Counted from the stretch's first letter, positions 1 to 8,999 are shown. The stretch: DNA of 24,000 nt from an uncultured marine group I thaumarchaeote (GCA_902590655.1 CACIXQ010000005.1:11768-35767); one strand, 5' to 3'. The notes: generated from the sequence alone by a model not told the origin. Numbers and translations are program-made.

Positions 1-137
1 AATTTACAGTGGAATTTTTTATTTATAAACCGAATCAGCAAGTTTTTGGTGTTTGCGTATACAATTATAAGAGAAAAACGCTATTTTGAATGAGTGCTAC
101 GAGTAACATTTTCGTGTAATTTTGTTGAGGGGTATAT

Positions 138-770
138 TTGGTAAAGAAGGGATTTCCTAGTTTTGGTATAACACAGTCTGGCGCATTTGTTGCCGCCCTG
201 AAAAACTACAACCTTCCTGATTTTATATTGGCTTTAGTTGCCAAGGATTGCAATTCAGATCTTCTGGAGCGCGGAAGAATTGATGACAGGCTTTCTAGTA
301 TGAATGATCAATCTCTTGAGTTATTACACAAAGTCTTTGTTGAGTGTGAGGAGGATACAAATGGCAAGTATGCACAGTACAGATTCTTTGCATATGTATC
401 AAGCATGTATCACAAGTGCGAAGTGTTCATCAACGAAACAATACCTGGTAAGTCTGGCAAAAACCACAAGATGCCAATAGCTATCAAAAACAACGGCATG
501 TACGTTGCTGTTGGATTTAACAAATCAAAGGGACATGCCGTATCAAAAAAGGACGTGATAAAGTTCTATGGCATAGTTACTGATGTAAAAAATGGAGAGC
601 ATGGAACACAACTTATTGATGCAATATATGGTTCATCAGCAGGATTCAAGGGAGAAGCCATAGTAGAATTGGAAAAGTTAAGCAAGAAGATAGACCCTGA
701 CGAGGAGTTCAAACTTAACTTTAAAACAGCAAATTTTGAAAACAGAATTTATTCTGTTACAAAATGTTAA
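138..770 (+). CDS. hypothetical protein (function unknown)
   Basis: 210-codon ORF. The only in-frame start after the upstream stop (126-128) is TTG at 138, and the next ATG is at about 300. I recognise no family motif. It ends 1 nt before the convergent ORF 772-1344. Confidence 0.5.
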   Translation: MVKKGFPSFGITQSGAFVAALKNYNLPDFILALVAKDCNSDLLERGRIDDRLSSMNDQSLELLHKVFVECEEDTNGKYAQYRFFAYVSSMYHKCEVFINETIPGKSGKNHKMPIAIKNNGMYVAVGFNKSKGHAVSKKDVIKFYGIVTDVKNGEHGTQLIDAIYGSSAGFKGEAIVELEKLSKKIDPDEEFKLNFKTANFENRIYSVTKC

Positions 771-771
771 A

Positions 772-1344
772 CTAACTTTTTTTCGTAAATAGGTCCGTAT
801 TCATAGCAAGGAATGAAGGTTTTTCAGAAGTTATCTCAAAGTCCTCGCCATATTGTTCAAATTCAATCCCACCGAAGAGATGCTTCTGCCAAACCTCATG
901 AACGTCCTCGATGTATCTCTTGTATCCAGACTGTCGTAGTAATTCATGTGCAATCTCATGTGATATGGCAGTACAGTTTTTTTCTGCAAGAAACAGTTCG
1001 TCCATACCATCCTCCGGCTTTTCCCATCTGATCATACCAAAGTTTTGTGCATGATATCCCTCGCATGTACAATCTGTCCATAACGGTCTAAAGTGACACA
1101 GATAGAAATGGTAAATGTCTTCGCCACGTTCCGTGTGATCTTTTAACAAGGAATGAGTATCAAGTCTTTGAAGTATCATTCTTGGTTTAGTTATCATCTC
1201 GTCACACTGTACATCAATGTCGATGGAAAATTTTGTTTTAATCCATGACTTGAAAAACTTGGACATCTTTTTGATATACTCAAACTCTGCATCGCGCATA
1301 CCAAGTTCCTTGTCTTTGATTACAAAAATAAAATGTAAAAGCAT
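772..1344 (-). CDS. hypothetical protein with HExxH motif (putative zinc metallopeptidase-like)
   Basis: 190-aa ORF containing SHEIAHELL (HExxH) and a Cys/His-rich stretch, HFYLCHFRPLWTDCTCEGYH. The start is ambiguous; an internal Met at residue 16 is possible. The family was not recognised. Confidence 0.5.
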   Translation of the reverse strand: MLLHFIFVIKDKELGMRDAEFEYIKKMSKFFKSWIKTKFSIDIDVQCDEMITKPRMILQRLDTHSLLKDHTERGEDIYHFYLCHFRPLWTDCTCEGYHAQNFGMIRWEKPEDGMDELFLAEKNCTAISHEIAHELLRQSGYKRYIEDVHEVWQKHLFGGIEFEQYGEDFEITSEKPSFLAMNTDLFTKKS

Positions 1345-1353
1345 GGTAATAGT

Positions 1354-1593
1354 CTATGATTGGCCTTCGATGCCCATAAGTGTTAGAGTGGACCTAATCT
1401 GTTCTATCTTTCGTATCTTCCAGGTTATTGTCTCACGCAAGTCCTCAACGGTTGAAGATTCTATCTTTCCTAAAATGTCATAAGCGCCAAATGTCCCATG
1501 CACTTCGACTATGCCGGGCAGGCTCTTTAGTTGTTTTATGATGGACTCTTCAGAACCTAGTTCACAGTTTATCAGAACGTAAGCTGTTGCCAT
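1354..1593 (-). CDS. stand-alone Lrp/AsnC-type ligand-binding (RAM) domain protein
   Basis: 79 aa. The pattern AYVLINCELGSEESIIKQLKSLPGIVEVHGTFGAYDILGKIE is typical of the AsnC-family C-terminal domain. No HTH is present. Confidence 0.75.
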   Translation of the reverse strand: MATAYVLINCELGSEESIIKQLKSLPGIVEVHGTFGAYDILGKIESSTVEDLRETITWKIRKIEQIRSTLTLMGIEGQS

Positions 1594-1636
1594 GTAATGT
1601 TTACCAATTTGCGATATATCAATGAAACGATAATTT

Positions 1637-2053
1637 TCACTGCGACATTTTGATTATCTTATCCCATATCTTTTTTGGTACAGGCATCACCGACAGTCTT
1701 CCAATTCTCAGTAGCTCCCAACCCTTGAATGATTTTTCTTGTTTCATCTGTTCAAGTGTTACGGGATTCTTGAATTGTTTTTTGAACTTTACATCTACTG
1801 CGATGAATCTTTCGTTGTCTTCTTTGGGATTTGGATATGGTTTTGATGTTACCGTCATGATGCCAACAGCCTGGCGTTCATCACCAGTGTGATAGTAAAG
1901 TATCTGGTCCCCTTTCTTCATATTCCTCATGTGTTTCAGAGCTAGGTTGTTATGCACCCCATCCCACATTGTTGTTTTGTCCTTCTGCAATGCAGACAGA
2001 CTGTATCCTCTTGGTCCGCTTGGTTCTTGCTTTGCTAGCCAGTAGTTAACCAT
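1637..2053 (-). CDS. EVE (PUA-like, thymocyte nuclear protein 1-like) domain protein
   Basis: 138 aa. It has the N-terminal NYWLAKQEP motif, then WDGVHNNLALKHMRNMKKGDQILYYHTG and WELLRIGRLSVMPV, which are characteristic of EVE/DUF55 proteins. Confidence 0.8.
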   Translation of the reverse strand: MVNYWLAKQEPSGPRGYSLSALQKDKTTMWDGVHNNLALKHMRNMKKGDQILYYHTGDERQAVGIMTVTSKPYPNPKEDNERFIAVDVKFKKQFKNPVTLEQMKQEKSFKGWELLRIGRLSVMPVPKKIWDKIIKMSQ

Positions 2054-2101
2054 CTGTTTACAAATACAAATTGCCAGATTTAGATTTTTGCCAAAATAGT
2101 G

Positions 2102-2172
2102 TTCCCCGGTTCTGACTCACAAAGAGTCATTGGTATTAGCCATACCCTCCTCTTTGCTCTGAAACCGGGGAA
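2102..2172. ncRNA. candidate structured RNA element (unknown class, strand unresolved)
   Basis: A perfect 10-bp inverted repeat, TTCCCCGGTT (2102-2111) / AACCGGGGAA (2163-2172), encloses two perfect hairpins. These are TGACTC/GAGTCA (2113-2118 / 2124-2129) and GGTAT/ATACC (2132-2136 / 2142-2146). I count 51 G+C in 2101-2200, against roughly one-third elsewhere. It lies in a 230-nt non-coding gap. Confidence 0.3.
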
Positions 2173-2283
2173 GCGCCCATGTAACACACCTGGGTGAATT
2201 AGAAATCATGTGAATCATTACGATCTGTATCATCCTAATCCGTCTGTGTGCATGCTCTCTTCATTGGGCAAGATAAATTGCAG

Positions 2284-3927
2284 CTAATCAAATATTAATC
2301 CAGATAGTTTTATCTCAAAACCAACTACCTTTGTTCTTATCCTGAAATTTTCAAGAACCTTGGAATCCAGTTCGCCGATATATCCAACTGTCTTTCTGTT
2401 AATGATAATCTCCGCAACCCTACCCTGTGAGAAAAGTGCGTGATTTGATAGTGCCTTTGTTTCACATTTGATACTAAAACCAATCCGCAGGAGAGATTGT
2501 AGGATGGCCTTCATCTCCGAAAAGTTCGTCTCCTCCGAGGCTGTAACACACGCAAGGTTTGTTGTCTCCTTGATTGGGGAACCCTTTGAGAAAACTATGC
2601 CAGATTCAAAAAACTTCTGTGGATATGTCTCGTGTATGTTCTTTGATAGATTTTCCAGTAGTCCAGGAAGAATTGAATCCCTGAGTATTGTATGCTCCTG
2701 ACTCTTCGAGCTTGCGACGGAGATTATCTGTGACGAGTCTCGGTTTGTCATTTCATACAAGGTCTGCTCGCTTGTCAGTGTAGAATTGAGAGTCTCCATG
2801 AAACCAAACCCAGTCATTAATCGGCTAGTAGAATCAAGTTTCTCAGATGTTGGATTCTTCTCACCAATGTGTACAGATGCGGGCCATGCCGGCTTTAGGT
2901 TATCAATTCCATAACCCAGTGCAACCTCCTCAACAATGTCCATTCCGCCAAAGATGTCAAACCTGTATCTTGGAATCGTACACTGTATCTTTTTGCTCTT
3001 CACTACTGCATCCAACCTGGATTTTTTGAGGCATGACGCAAGTACCGAGTTGGAGATGTTCAGTCCAAGAATTTTATTCACCGGACCGGAATCAAACGTA
3101 ACTGTCCTGGTCGCAAAGTTTGGCGTCGAGTTTCTTGATCCGGAAACTTTCAGTTGTGAGAATTGAAATCCAGCCCCCTGTAGTATCGCAACAACCACCG
3201 ACAGCATATCTTCCGCTGACTGCTTGTCTATTCCAGTAACCTCGACTAGAATGTTTTTGGTTTTTGTTGTCACAGTTGTCAGTGAGGCATTAATGATTGG
3301 TGGAAACGATATTGTCTGCCCCTTTGCATCAGTAATTATGGGAACCTTCGAAGATTGCCCAAGTATTGATCCATAATCCCTTCCAACTTCTGAATCATGA
3401 AGTATCTCTGAGATTGAGCTCTCCTTGGTAGAGTTTAACGGAACAAATCTATGATCACGAGAGGTTGTCGTATACTTGAGAGGAAATGATATGTTGTCTA
3501 GGTCATGAATCCCAATCGATGATTTTTTTCTCTTCCTTCCTAATCCAAAATGCAGGTCCTCCTGCATATTGATAATCTGCTTAACTGCCTCGTCGTCAAG
3601 TGATCCATTTCTTGCTATTATTCCGGTAACAAACGGCCTAATCTTGCTAGTTGAACTATCAACCTTGATTTCATAATTTCCCTTTGTTCGTATCTTCAAT
3701 CGTGGCATTCCCTTACTTATTCCTAGAATGCCTTGTAGTCCCAATGCAATACCAAAGTCAGTAGAATAGTCTGGTCTGTTGGGACTATATTCAACTCTTA
3801 CAACGTTGCGCCCCAACGATTCTATGTCAAGACCAAGGAATGGAAGGTTGTCAAGTATCTGTTTCTTGTCTGTGTTTTTTCCTACAAGCTTCTGAAGCCT
3901 GCTAAGATTCAGCTCAACTACTGGCAT
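2284..3927 (-). CDS. pheT: phenylalanine--tRNA ligase beta subunit (archaeal type)
   Basis: The long ORF matches archaeal PheT in length and pattern, and it lies immediately downstream of pheS. The ORF track starts at TTG 3948. I prefer ATG 3927 (MPVVELNLSRL...), which overlaps the pheS stop by 10 nt. Confidence 0.93.
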   Translation of the reverse strand: MPVVELNLSRLQKLVGKNTDKKQILDNLPFLGLDIESLGRNVVRVEYSPNRPDYSTDFGIALGLQGILGISKGMPRLKIRTKGNYEIKVDSSTSKIRPFVTGIIARNGSLDDEAVKQIINMQEDLHFGLGRKRKKSSIGIHDLDNISFPLKYTTTSRDHRFVPLNSTKESSISEILHDSEVGRDYGSILGQSSKVPIITDAKGQTISFPPIINASLTTVTTKTKNILVEVTGIDKQSAEDMLSVVVAILQGAGFQFSQLKVSGSRNSTPNFATRTVTFDSGPVNKILGLNISNSVLASCLKKSRLDAVVKSKKIQCTIPRYRFDIFGGMDIVEEVALGYGIDNLKPAWPASVHIGEKNPTSEKLDSTSRLMTGFGFMETLNSTLTSEQTLYEMTNRDSSQIISVASSKSQEHTILRDSILPGLLENLSKNIHETYPQKFFESGIVFSKGSPIKETTNLACVTASEETNFSEMKAILQSLLRIGFSIKCETKALSNHALFSQGRVAEIIINRKTVGYIGELDSKVLENFRIRTKVVGFEIKLSGLIFD

Positions 3928-5357
3928 TTCGTAGCGGTCCTCAACCAACTTAGATTGTTATTGTAAAACTCCCTTACGTCGTCTAATCCAAATTTCAACA
4001 TGGCAATCCTTTCAATGCCACCACCCCAAGCTAGAACTGGTTTTGTGATTCCCAGTGGTTTCGTAACTTCGGGTCTAAATATTCCCATACCAAAGAGCTC
4101 AATCCATTTTCCAAGCTTTTCATTGTAAACCATCGATTGCAAAGATGGCTCAGTATAAGGAAAGAATGTGGGCCAAAACTTTACCTTGGTAAGACCAATC
4201 TTACGGTAAAATTCCTTCTGTATGCCCATCAAGTCTCGTAGAGTTATGTGCTTTCCTACAACCACACCCTCGACCTGATTAAACTCAACAAGATGCTTGT
4301 AGCTTACCTTTTCATTACGAAAGACCCGCCCCAATGAGAATATCCTAGCCTCATCTGGTTTCTTGTCTGCAAGATGTTTGATGGTGACACAAGTGGTATG
4401 TGTTCGCAGGACCATCTTTTTTGCTTCCTGTACATCCCAATAATACCTCCAGCCTTTTTTGTGTGCATTTGATACATTCTTAATCTGAGTTGGTGTTGCA
4501 AGTTGTTTTGCATTAAGACTCTTGAGATAAAACGTGTCTTGCAGTTCTCGTGCTGGATGGTCCTGTGGGGTAAACAGCGCATCAAAGTTCCAGAAACTTG
4601 ACTGCGATAAGTTACCAGTGATTTCTGTGAATCCCAGGTGAACAAAGGTATCCCTTATCTCATTTATCGTATCATTTAGTGGATGTATTCTTGCCGCATG
4701 TACATGAGGTACATCAGCTTCTACATCGATTGCATCACTATCTAATTTTTCAAGATCAATATGTTTACCAGTTTCAGTTAGAGAGACTAATTTTCTTTTT
4801 TCCTCATGTTCAATGATAAAGTCAGGTCTTTCCATCAGTGACTTGAGTGATTCTTGTGGTGCAATTTTCTGAGAAGAATCACCAATAGATGAGATTAACC
4901 TTTCATCAGAATTCTGTGTTGGTTCCTGCTGTAGTGAAATCTTTGATCCAGTGTCTGTTTTTTCTATGTTAATCCATCCATTCTTTTTCGCGTGGGCAAT
5001 TGCCGCGTTAAAATCAAGTCCATGTAAACTGCTTCGGATCTCATCAAATGTTTTGGGACAGTCCTTAACAAGATTGACGAGTCTTCGTTCAGGCAAGCCA
5101 TTTTTAAGAGCATCCAAACCATTTTTCCCAAGACTGTAAGAATTGTCAGTAGAGTCACTTACATCTACAAGTTTTTTCTGGCGAAGCCATTCTACTCCAC
5201 GCCTAATTTGATCCATTGAGAGTTTAGTTTCTTTGGATAAATCCTCTTCGTATAATCTGGTGGTGCTATCGTCCGGACCGGGCTCGTCATATGGATCAGC
5301 ACCTCTTTGCAATTCCTTGACAATTTGTTTTTCAATATCATGTAGGACATGGGACAA
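3918..5357 (-). CDS. pheS: phenylalanine--tRNA ligase alpha subunit
   Basis: 479 aa. The C-terminal class II catalytic core (FTPQDHPARELQDTFY, LRTHTT, FSLGRVFRNE, GGGIERIAML) is typical of archaeal/eukaryotic PheS, and the N-terminus has winged-helix repeats. Confidence 0.95.
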   Translation of the reverse strand: MSHVLHDIEKQIVKELQRGADPYDEPGPDDSTTRLYEEDLSKETKLSMDQIRRGVEWLRQKKLVDVSDSTDNSYSLGKNGLDALKNGLPERRLVNLVKDCPKTFDEIRSSLHGLDFNAAIAHAKKNGWINIEKTDTGSKISLQQEPTQNSDERLISSIGDSSQKIAPQESLKSLMERPDFIIEHEEKRKLVSLTETGKHIDLEKLDSDAIDVEADVPHVHAARIHPLNDTINEIRDTFVHLGFTEITGNLSQSSFWNFDALFTPQDHPARELQDTFYLKSLNAKQLATPTQIKNVSNAHKKGWRYYWDVQEAKKMVLRTHTTCVTIKHLADKKPDEARIFSLGRVFRNEKVSYKHLVEFNQVEGVVVGKHITLRDLMGIQKEFYRKIGLTKVKFWPTFFPYTEPSLQSMVYNEKLGKWIELFGMGIFRPEVTKPLGITKPVLAWGGGIERIAMLKFGLDDVREFYNNNLSWLRTATKCQ

Positions 5358-5480
5358 TAGTTCATCGTTCCAAAAAGAGTTAATTAAATTAGCTAGGACA
5401 ATTGTTACGATTTTTTTGATTAGAAAGTGGTTAAAATAACGGAATAAGACTTTTTAACATTAAATCAAAGTCAACCTTGA

Positions 5481-6590
5481 ATGCCAACAGATGATTTTGT
5501 TGTTACACCTTGGAACGTTGAGGGTGATATCGATTATGACAAACTAATCAAAAGATTTGGGACACAAAAAATCACCACAGAACTTTTGTCAAAGATTGAA
5601 AAATTTACCAAGGAATCACATTTCATGCTGAGAAGGGGCATCTTCTTCTCACATCGGGATTTGAACAGACTTTTGGATGATTATGAGAAGGGAAAGAAGT
5701 TCTTCCTATACACAGGAAGGGGACCATCAGGTCATACACATATCGGCCACTTGGTTCCATGGGTTTTCGCAAAATGGCTCCAAGACAAGTTTGACACGAA
5801 AATGTACTTCCAACTTACTGACGACGAAAAATTCTGGACAAAAAAAGACATGACTTTGGACCAGACAACAAACTTTGCATTTGAAAATGCACTAGATTTC
5901 ATAGCACTAGGCTTCAAACCGAAAAACACCAAGATCATCATTGATACAAAAAACATAAGAACACTATATCCAATTGCAGCAGAGTTTGCAAAGAGAATAA
6001 ACTTTTCAAACACAAAGGCTGTCTTTGGATTCAAGAATGAGACAAATGTTGGAATGATTTTTTACACTTCGTTACAGTCTGCTCCGTGCTTTATAGAAGA
6101 CATGCCTGTGCTGATTCCATTTGGAGTTGACCAGGATCCACATTTCCGAATTACGCGGGACATAGCACCAAAGATTAACAAACCAAAACCTGCACTGATT
6201 CACAATATAATGATTCCAGCTCTTGGTGGTCCCAAGGGAAAAATGTCTGCATCTAATGAGAATGAGACGATATACACAACTGACCCGCCTGAGACAGTAA
6301 AGAAGAAGATCAACAAGTATGCATTTTCCGGTGGCCAGCCAGACATAGAGGAGCACAGAAAAAAAGGTGGCAACCCAGACATTGACGTATCATATCAATA
6401 TCTTAGAATCTTCTTTGAGCAGGACGACAAAAAACTAAAAGAAATTCATGATGACTACAAGTCAGGAAAGATGCTGACTGGTGAGCTTAAGCAAATACTA
6501 ATTGAAAAGATTAACAAGTTTCTTGCCTCACATCAAGAAAAGCGCGAAAAGGCAAGAGACCAACTTGACAAATTTCTACTAGAAGATTGA
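5481..6590 (+). CDS. trpS: tryptophan--tRNA ligase (archaeal/eukaryotic type)
   Basis: 369 aa. It has VTPWNVEG..DYDKLIKRFG at the N-terminus, a HIGH-type motif (GHTHIGH), a KMSKS-type motif (KMSAS) and QLTDDEKF. Confidence 0.92.
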   Translation: MPTDDFVVTPWNVEGDIDYDKLIKRFGTQKITTELLSKIEKFTKESHFMLRRGIFFSHRDLNRLLDDYEKGKKFFLYTGRGPSGHTHIGHLVPWVFAKWLQDKFDTKMYFQLTDDEKFWTKKDMTLDQTTNFAFENALDFIALGFKPKNTKIIIDTKNIRTLYPIAAEFAKRINFSNTKAVFGFKNETNVGMIFYTSLQSAPCFIEDMPVLIPFGVDQDPHFRITRDIAPKINKPKPALIHNIMIPALGGPKGKMSASNENETIYTTDPPETVKKKINKYAFSGGQPDIEEHRKKGGNPDIDVSYQYLRIFFEQDDKKLKEIHDDYKSGKMLTGELKQILIEKINKFLASHQEKREKARDQLDKFLLED

Positions 6591-6871
6591 ACAGCGCAAC
6601 GATAATCTGTCAGGACAAGTATGAGGCACAAAAGCTGGCTAGCTTGATTTTCGTCAACGATACAAAAGAGACCTATGTAACTGAGATTTTGAACGTAATA
6701 GAAAATGAGGTTGTACTCTCGATAAAGGACAAGTCTGCTCACAGCGTCATTTTAGTCGATAATGACCAAGTTTTAGTTTTTACAGATTTCATTCAATCAG
6801 TGCTAGAAAACAGACAGAAGATAATACAGACCGAAACAGTAGGAAGTTCTGTCAAGATTGTAAAGGAATAA
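6587..6871 (+). CDS. hypothetical small protein
   Basis: 94-codon ORF that exactly fills the gap between the trpS stop and the convergent serS stop. There is no in-frame ATG; the only start is a TTG overlapping the trpS TGA. No family was recognised. Confidence 0.35.
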   Translation: MNSATIICQDKYEAQKLASLIFVNDTKETYVTEILNVIENEVVLSIKDKSAHSVILVDNDQVLVFTDFIQSVLENRQKIIQTETVGSSVKIVKE

Positions 6872-6872
6872 T

Positions 6873-8132
6873 TTAGATGGTTTTTTTGCCCATGTATTTT
6901 TGTAAAACATTTGGTATGTTTACGTGTCCATCTTTGGTTTGAAAGTTCTCCATTATTGCAACCATAGTACGTTCAGTAGCAACAAGTGTACTGTTTAGCG
7001 TGTGAGCATACTGCGTATCCTCATTTGTTTTATCTCTAAATCTTATCTTGAGTCTTCTGGATTGATAATCAAGGCAATTTGAACAAGAAGCAACTTCTCT
7101 GTACGCATTTTGACCAGCCATCCATACTTCCACATCATATGTTTTTGCAGAAATCTTTCCCATATCACCACTTGACAAAAGAACTGTCCTGTATGGAATC
7201 TCTAGTTTTTGAAAAAATTCTTCCGTGATAGCAATCATATTTTCGTGCTGATTCCAAGATTCTTCAGGTTTCGAGAAAACAAATTGCTCTATCTTTTCAA
7301 ATTGGTGTACCCTGAATATTCCTTTTTGGTCTTTTCCGTGTGCCCCTGCTTCCTTTCTAAAGCATGGACTAATAGCAGCATATTTGGTGGGCAGTGAATT
7401 CCCATCCAATATCTCATTTCCATGCATTGAGACCATAGCGTGTTCAGATGTGCCAATTAGATAGAGATCCTGGTCCTCAATTTTGTAAATGACATCCTCA
7501 AAGTCATCCAATATTACAGCACCCTGCATGGAATTTCTATTAATCATGTATGGAGGCTGGAACATTGTGTACCCATTTTCAGATAAAAAATCAAGACCAA
7601 ATTGAATTAGTGACTGGTTTAACTTTACTAAATCTCCCTTTAGGTAGTAAAATCTAGCCCCAGCTGTTTTTGCTGCTCTTTCAAGTTCAAGCAGATTTAG
7701 ATTTTCAGAGATGTCTATGTGATCTTTTACTTCAAAGTCAAACTTGGGAATATCACCCCATTTTCTAATTTCCTTGTTTGCAGTACTGTCTCCCTCAGGA
7801 ACTGATTTATCAAGCAAATTTGGTATTGTTAACGCAAGTTTTGTGTATTCTAATTCTGTCTTTTGTTGAACCTCTTCAAGTTTGGTAAGTTCCGCAGAGA
7901 CCGATTGCATTTCTTGAATTATTGATGTTGCGTCACTACCTGCTTTTTTTGTCTCTGAGATTTTAATAGACATTTCATTTTTTTTCTTTCTAAGTTCATC
8001 AGTAGTAATAATCATCTCTCTTCGTTTTTTATCTAATTCAAGTAGCAAATCAAGGTCAAACTGGACATCTCGATATTTTAGCATGTTTCTAATATTTTCC
8101 AGATTCTCACGAATCATTTTCATGTCGAGCAT
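6873..8132 (-). CDS. serS: serine--tRNA ligase
   Basis: 419 aa. It has the N-terminal coiled-coil arm (MLDMKMIRENLENIRNML...) and a class II core (FRVHQFEK, GDMG, YREVASCSNC). Confidence 0.95.
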   Translation of the reverse strand: MLDMKMIRENLENIRNMLKYRDVQFDLDLLLELDKKRREMIITTDELRKKKNEMSIKISETKKAGSDATSIIQEMQSVSAELTKLEEVQQKTELEYTKLALTIPNLLDKSVPEGDSTANKEIRKWGDIPKFDFEVKDHIDISENLNLLELERAAKTAGARFYYLKGDLVKLNQSLIQFGLDFLSENGYTMFQPPYMINRNSMQGAVILDDFEDVIYKIEDQDLYLIGTSEHAMVSMHGNEILDGNSLPTKYAAISPCFRKEAGAHGKDQKGIFRVHQFEKIEQFVFSKPEESWNQHENMIAITEEFFQKLEIPYRTVLLSSGDMGKISAKTYDVEVWMAGQNAYREVASCSNCLDYQSRRLKIRFRDKTNEDTQYAHTLNSTLVATERTMVAIMENFQTKDGHVNIPNVLQKYMGKKTI

Positions 8133-8374
8133 TATTCAATTATCTCCGATGCTAGTTTTACATGTTCTAACACTTCATCAACTGTAGCTGCCAACTTCCT
8201 TGTATCTCCTATACATTGAAAATTAAAAACAAGTTTGTTATCAATACTTTTGATTTCAAATGATAAACCTTTTGGGAAATTAACATTATCTGGCTCCAAT
8301 GCATTTTGAATTGAGGCAGCCTTTTTTTTGGTGATGTTATTGAATGTGATTTGAATATTGGATTTTAGTGACAT
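8132..8374 (-). CDS. KEOPS complex Pcc1-like subunit
   Basis: About 80 aa. Its pattern (IQITF...A.SIQNALEPD...LVFNFQCIGDTRKLAATVDEVLEHVKLASEII) resembles archaeal Pcc1. I prefer ATG 8374 over TTG 8395. The stop overlaps the serS ATG (TAATG), which suggests translational coupling. Confidence 0.55.
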   Translation of the reverse strand: MSLKSNIQITFNNITKKKAASIQNALEPDNVNFPKGLSFEIKSIDNKLVFNFQCIGDTRKLAATVDEVLEHVKLASEIIE

Positions 8375-8432
8375 TTTCCTGTCAATAATCAACAAGTCTA
8401 TACAATTAGTCTTTAGCTATTTTCCTATAGTA

Positions 8433-8882
8433 TTATTCGAGTTGCGCTACTAGAGATTTGTATTTCCAGTTTTGAGGAATACGACCAATTTTTTTGTAGT
8501 ATACTGATAATCGGTGAACTTTGGCTTCGATTAATTCAAGTGAACGTACGTTTCTTTTATCGCTCTTGTTTGCCTTGAGATGTTTTTGTAATCCAATTGC
8601 CTTCTTTACTATATTATCTAGGTCTTCAGGTAGATCGGCTTTTAGATCATTTTCTTCTAAAACTTTGGAAATTGTCTTTTTTATGACAGGTTTTACGAGT
8701 GGAATTGAATGTTGATCCCTTAATTTCACACCAATTTGACTAGCTGAGAGATTGTCTTTTCCGTACTTTACGATCAGTTCCTCAACCTCTTTTGCATCTT
8801 CCTTTATCCATGATGGTGCCTTTGGATCTATAGGTCTTGTAGAGTGTGATTTACCATAATTATGCGAATGTAGTCTACCCAC
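8433..8882 (-). CDS. rps15: 30S ribosomal protein uS15 (S15P/S13e)
   Basis: 149 aa with a GTG start. It has GRLHSHNYGKSHSTRP at the N-terminus and a C-terminal S15 fold (RSLELIEAKVHRLSVYYKK). Confidence 0.92.
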   Translation of the reverse strand: MGRLHSHNYGKSHSTRPIDPKAPSWIKEDAKEVEELIVKYGKDNLSASQIGVKLRDQHSIPLVKPVIKKTISKVLEENDLKADLPEDLDNIVKKAIGLQKHLKANKSDKRNVRSLELIEAKVHRLSVYYKKIGRIPQNWKYKSLVAQLE

Positions 8883-8999
8883 GAAGCAAAATTCTTCAAA
8901 AGTAACATAAACGTTTTCCTGAAGCTGATCTAGGGTTCCTAACGATGAAATTTAGAAAAAAGTTAAATAATAACGGGTAGGAGATTTTATCAGGTTAAA

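Noticed and set aside
813-1483. ORFs 813-1031 (+) and 1217-1483 (+) overlapping the HExxH and AsnC-domain genes
   Set aside because: They lie antisense to, or out of frame with, longer ORFs that have recognisable motifs. Their translations are low-complexity and Ser/Ile/Phe-rich, with no motifs. They are typical shadow ORFs.
1650-5439. ORFs 1650-1892, 2468-2701, 2847-3029, 2936-3166, 4304-4645, 4951-5139, 4964-5158 and 5233-5439
   Set aside because: All are embedded in or antisense to the EVE, pheT and pheS genes, whose identity is secure. No independent signals support them.
5358-5480. A possible regulatory leader (T-box or attenuator-like) between divergent pheS and trpS
   Set aside because: T-box and attenuation leaders are bacterial. 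The spacer is A/T-rich with only TATA-like boxes at leaderless distance and no stable stem-loops.
5732-8715. ORFs 5732-6034, 6072-6356, 6200-6382, 6533-6742, 7209-7397 and 8521-8715
   Set aside because: They are antisense or overlapping shadows of trpS, serS and rps15. Their composition is hydrophobic junk typical of the reverse strand of A/T-rich coding sequence.
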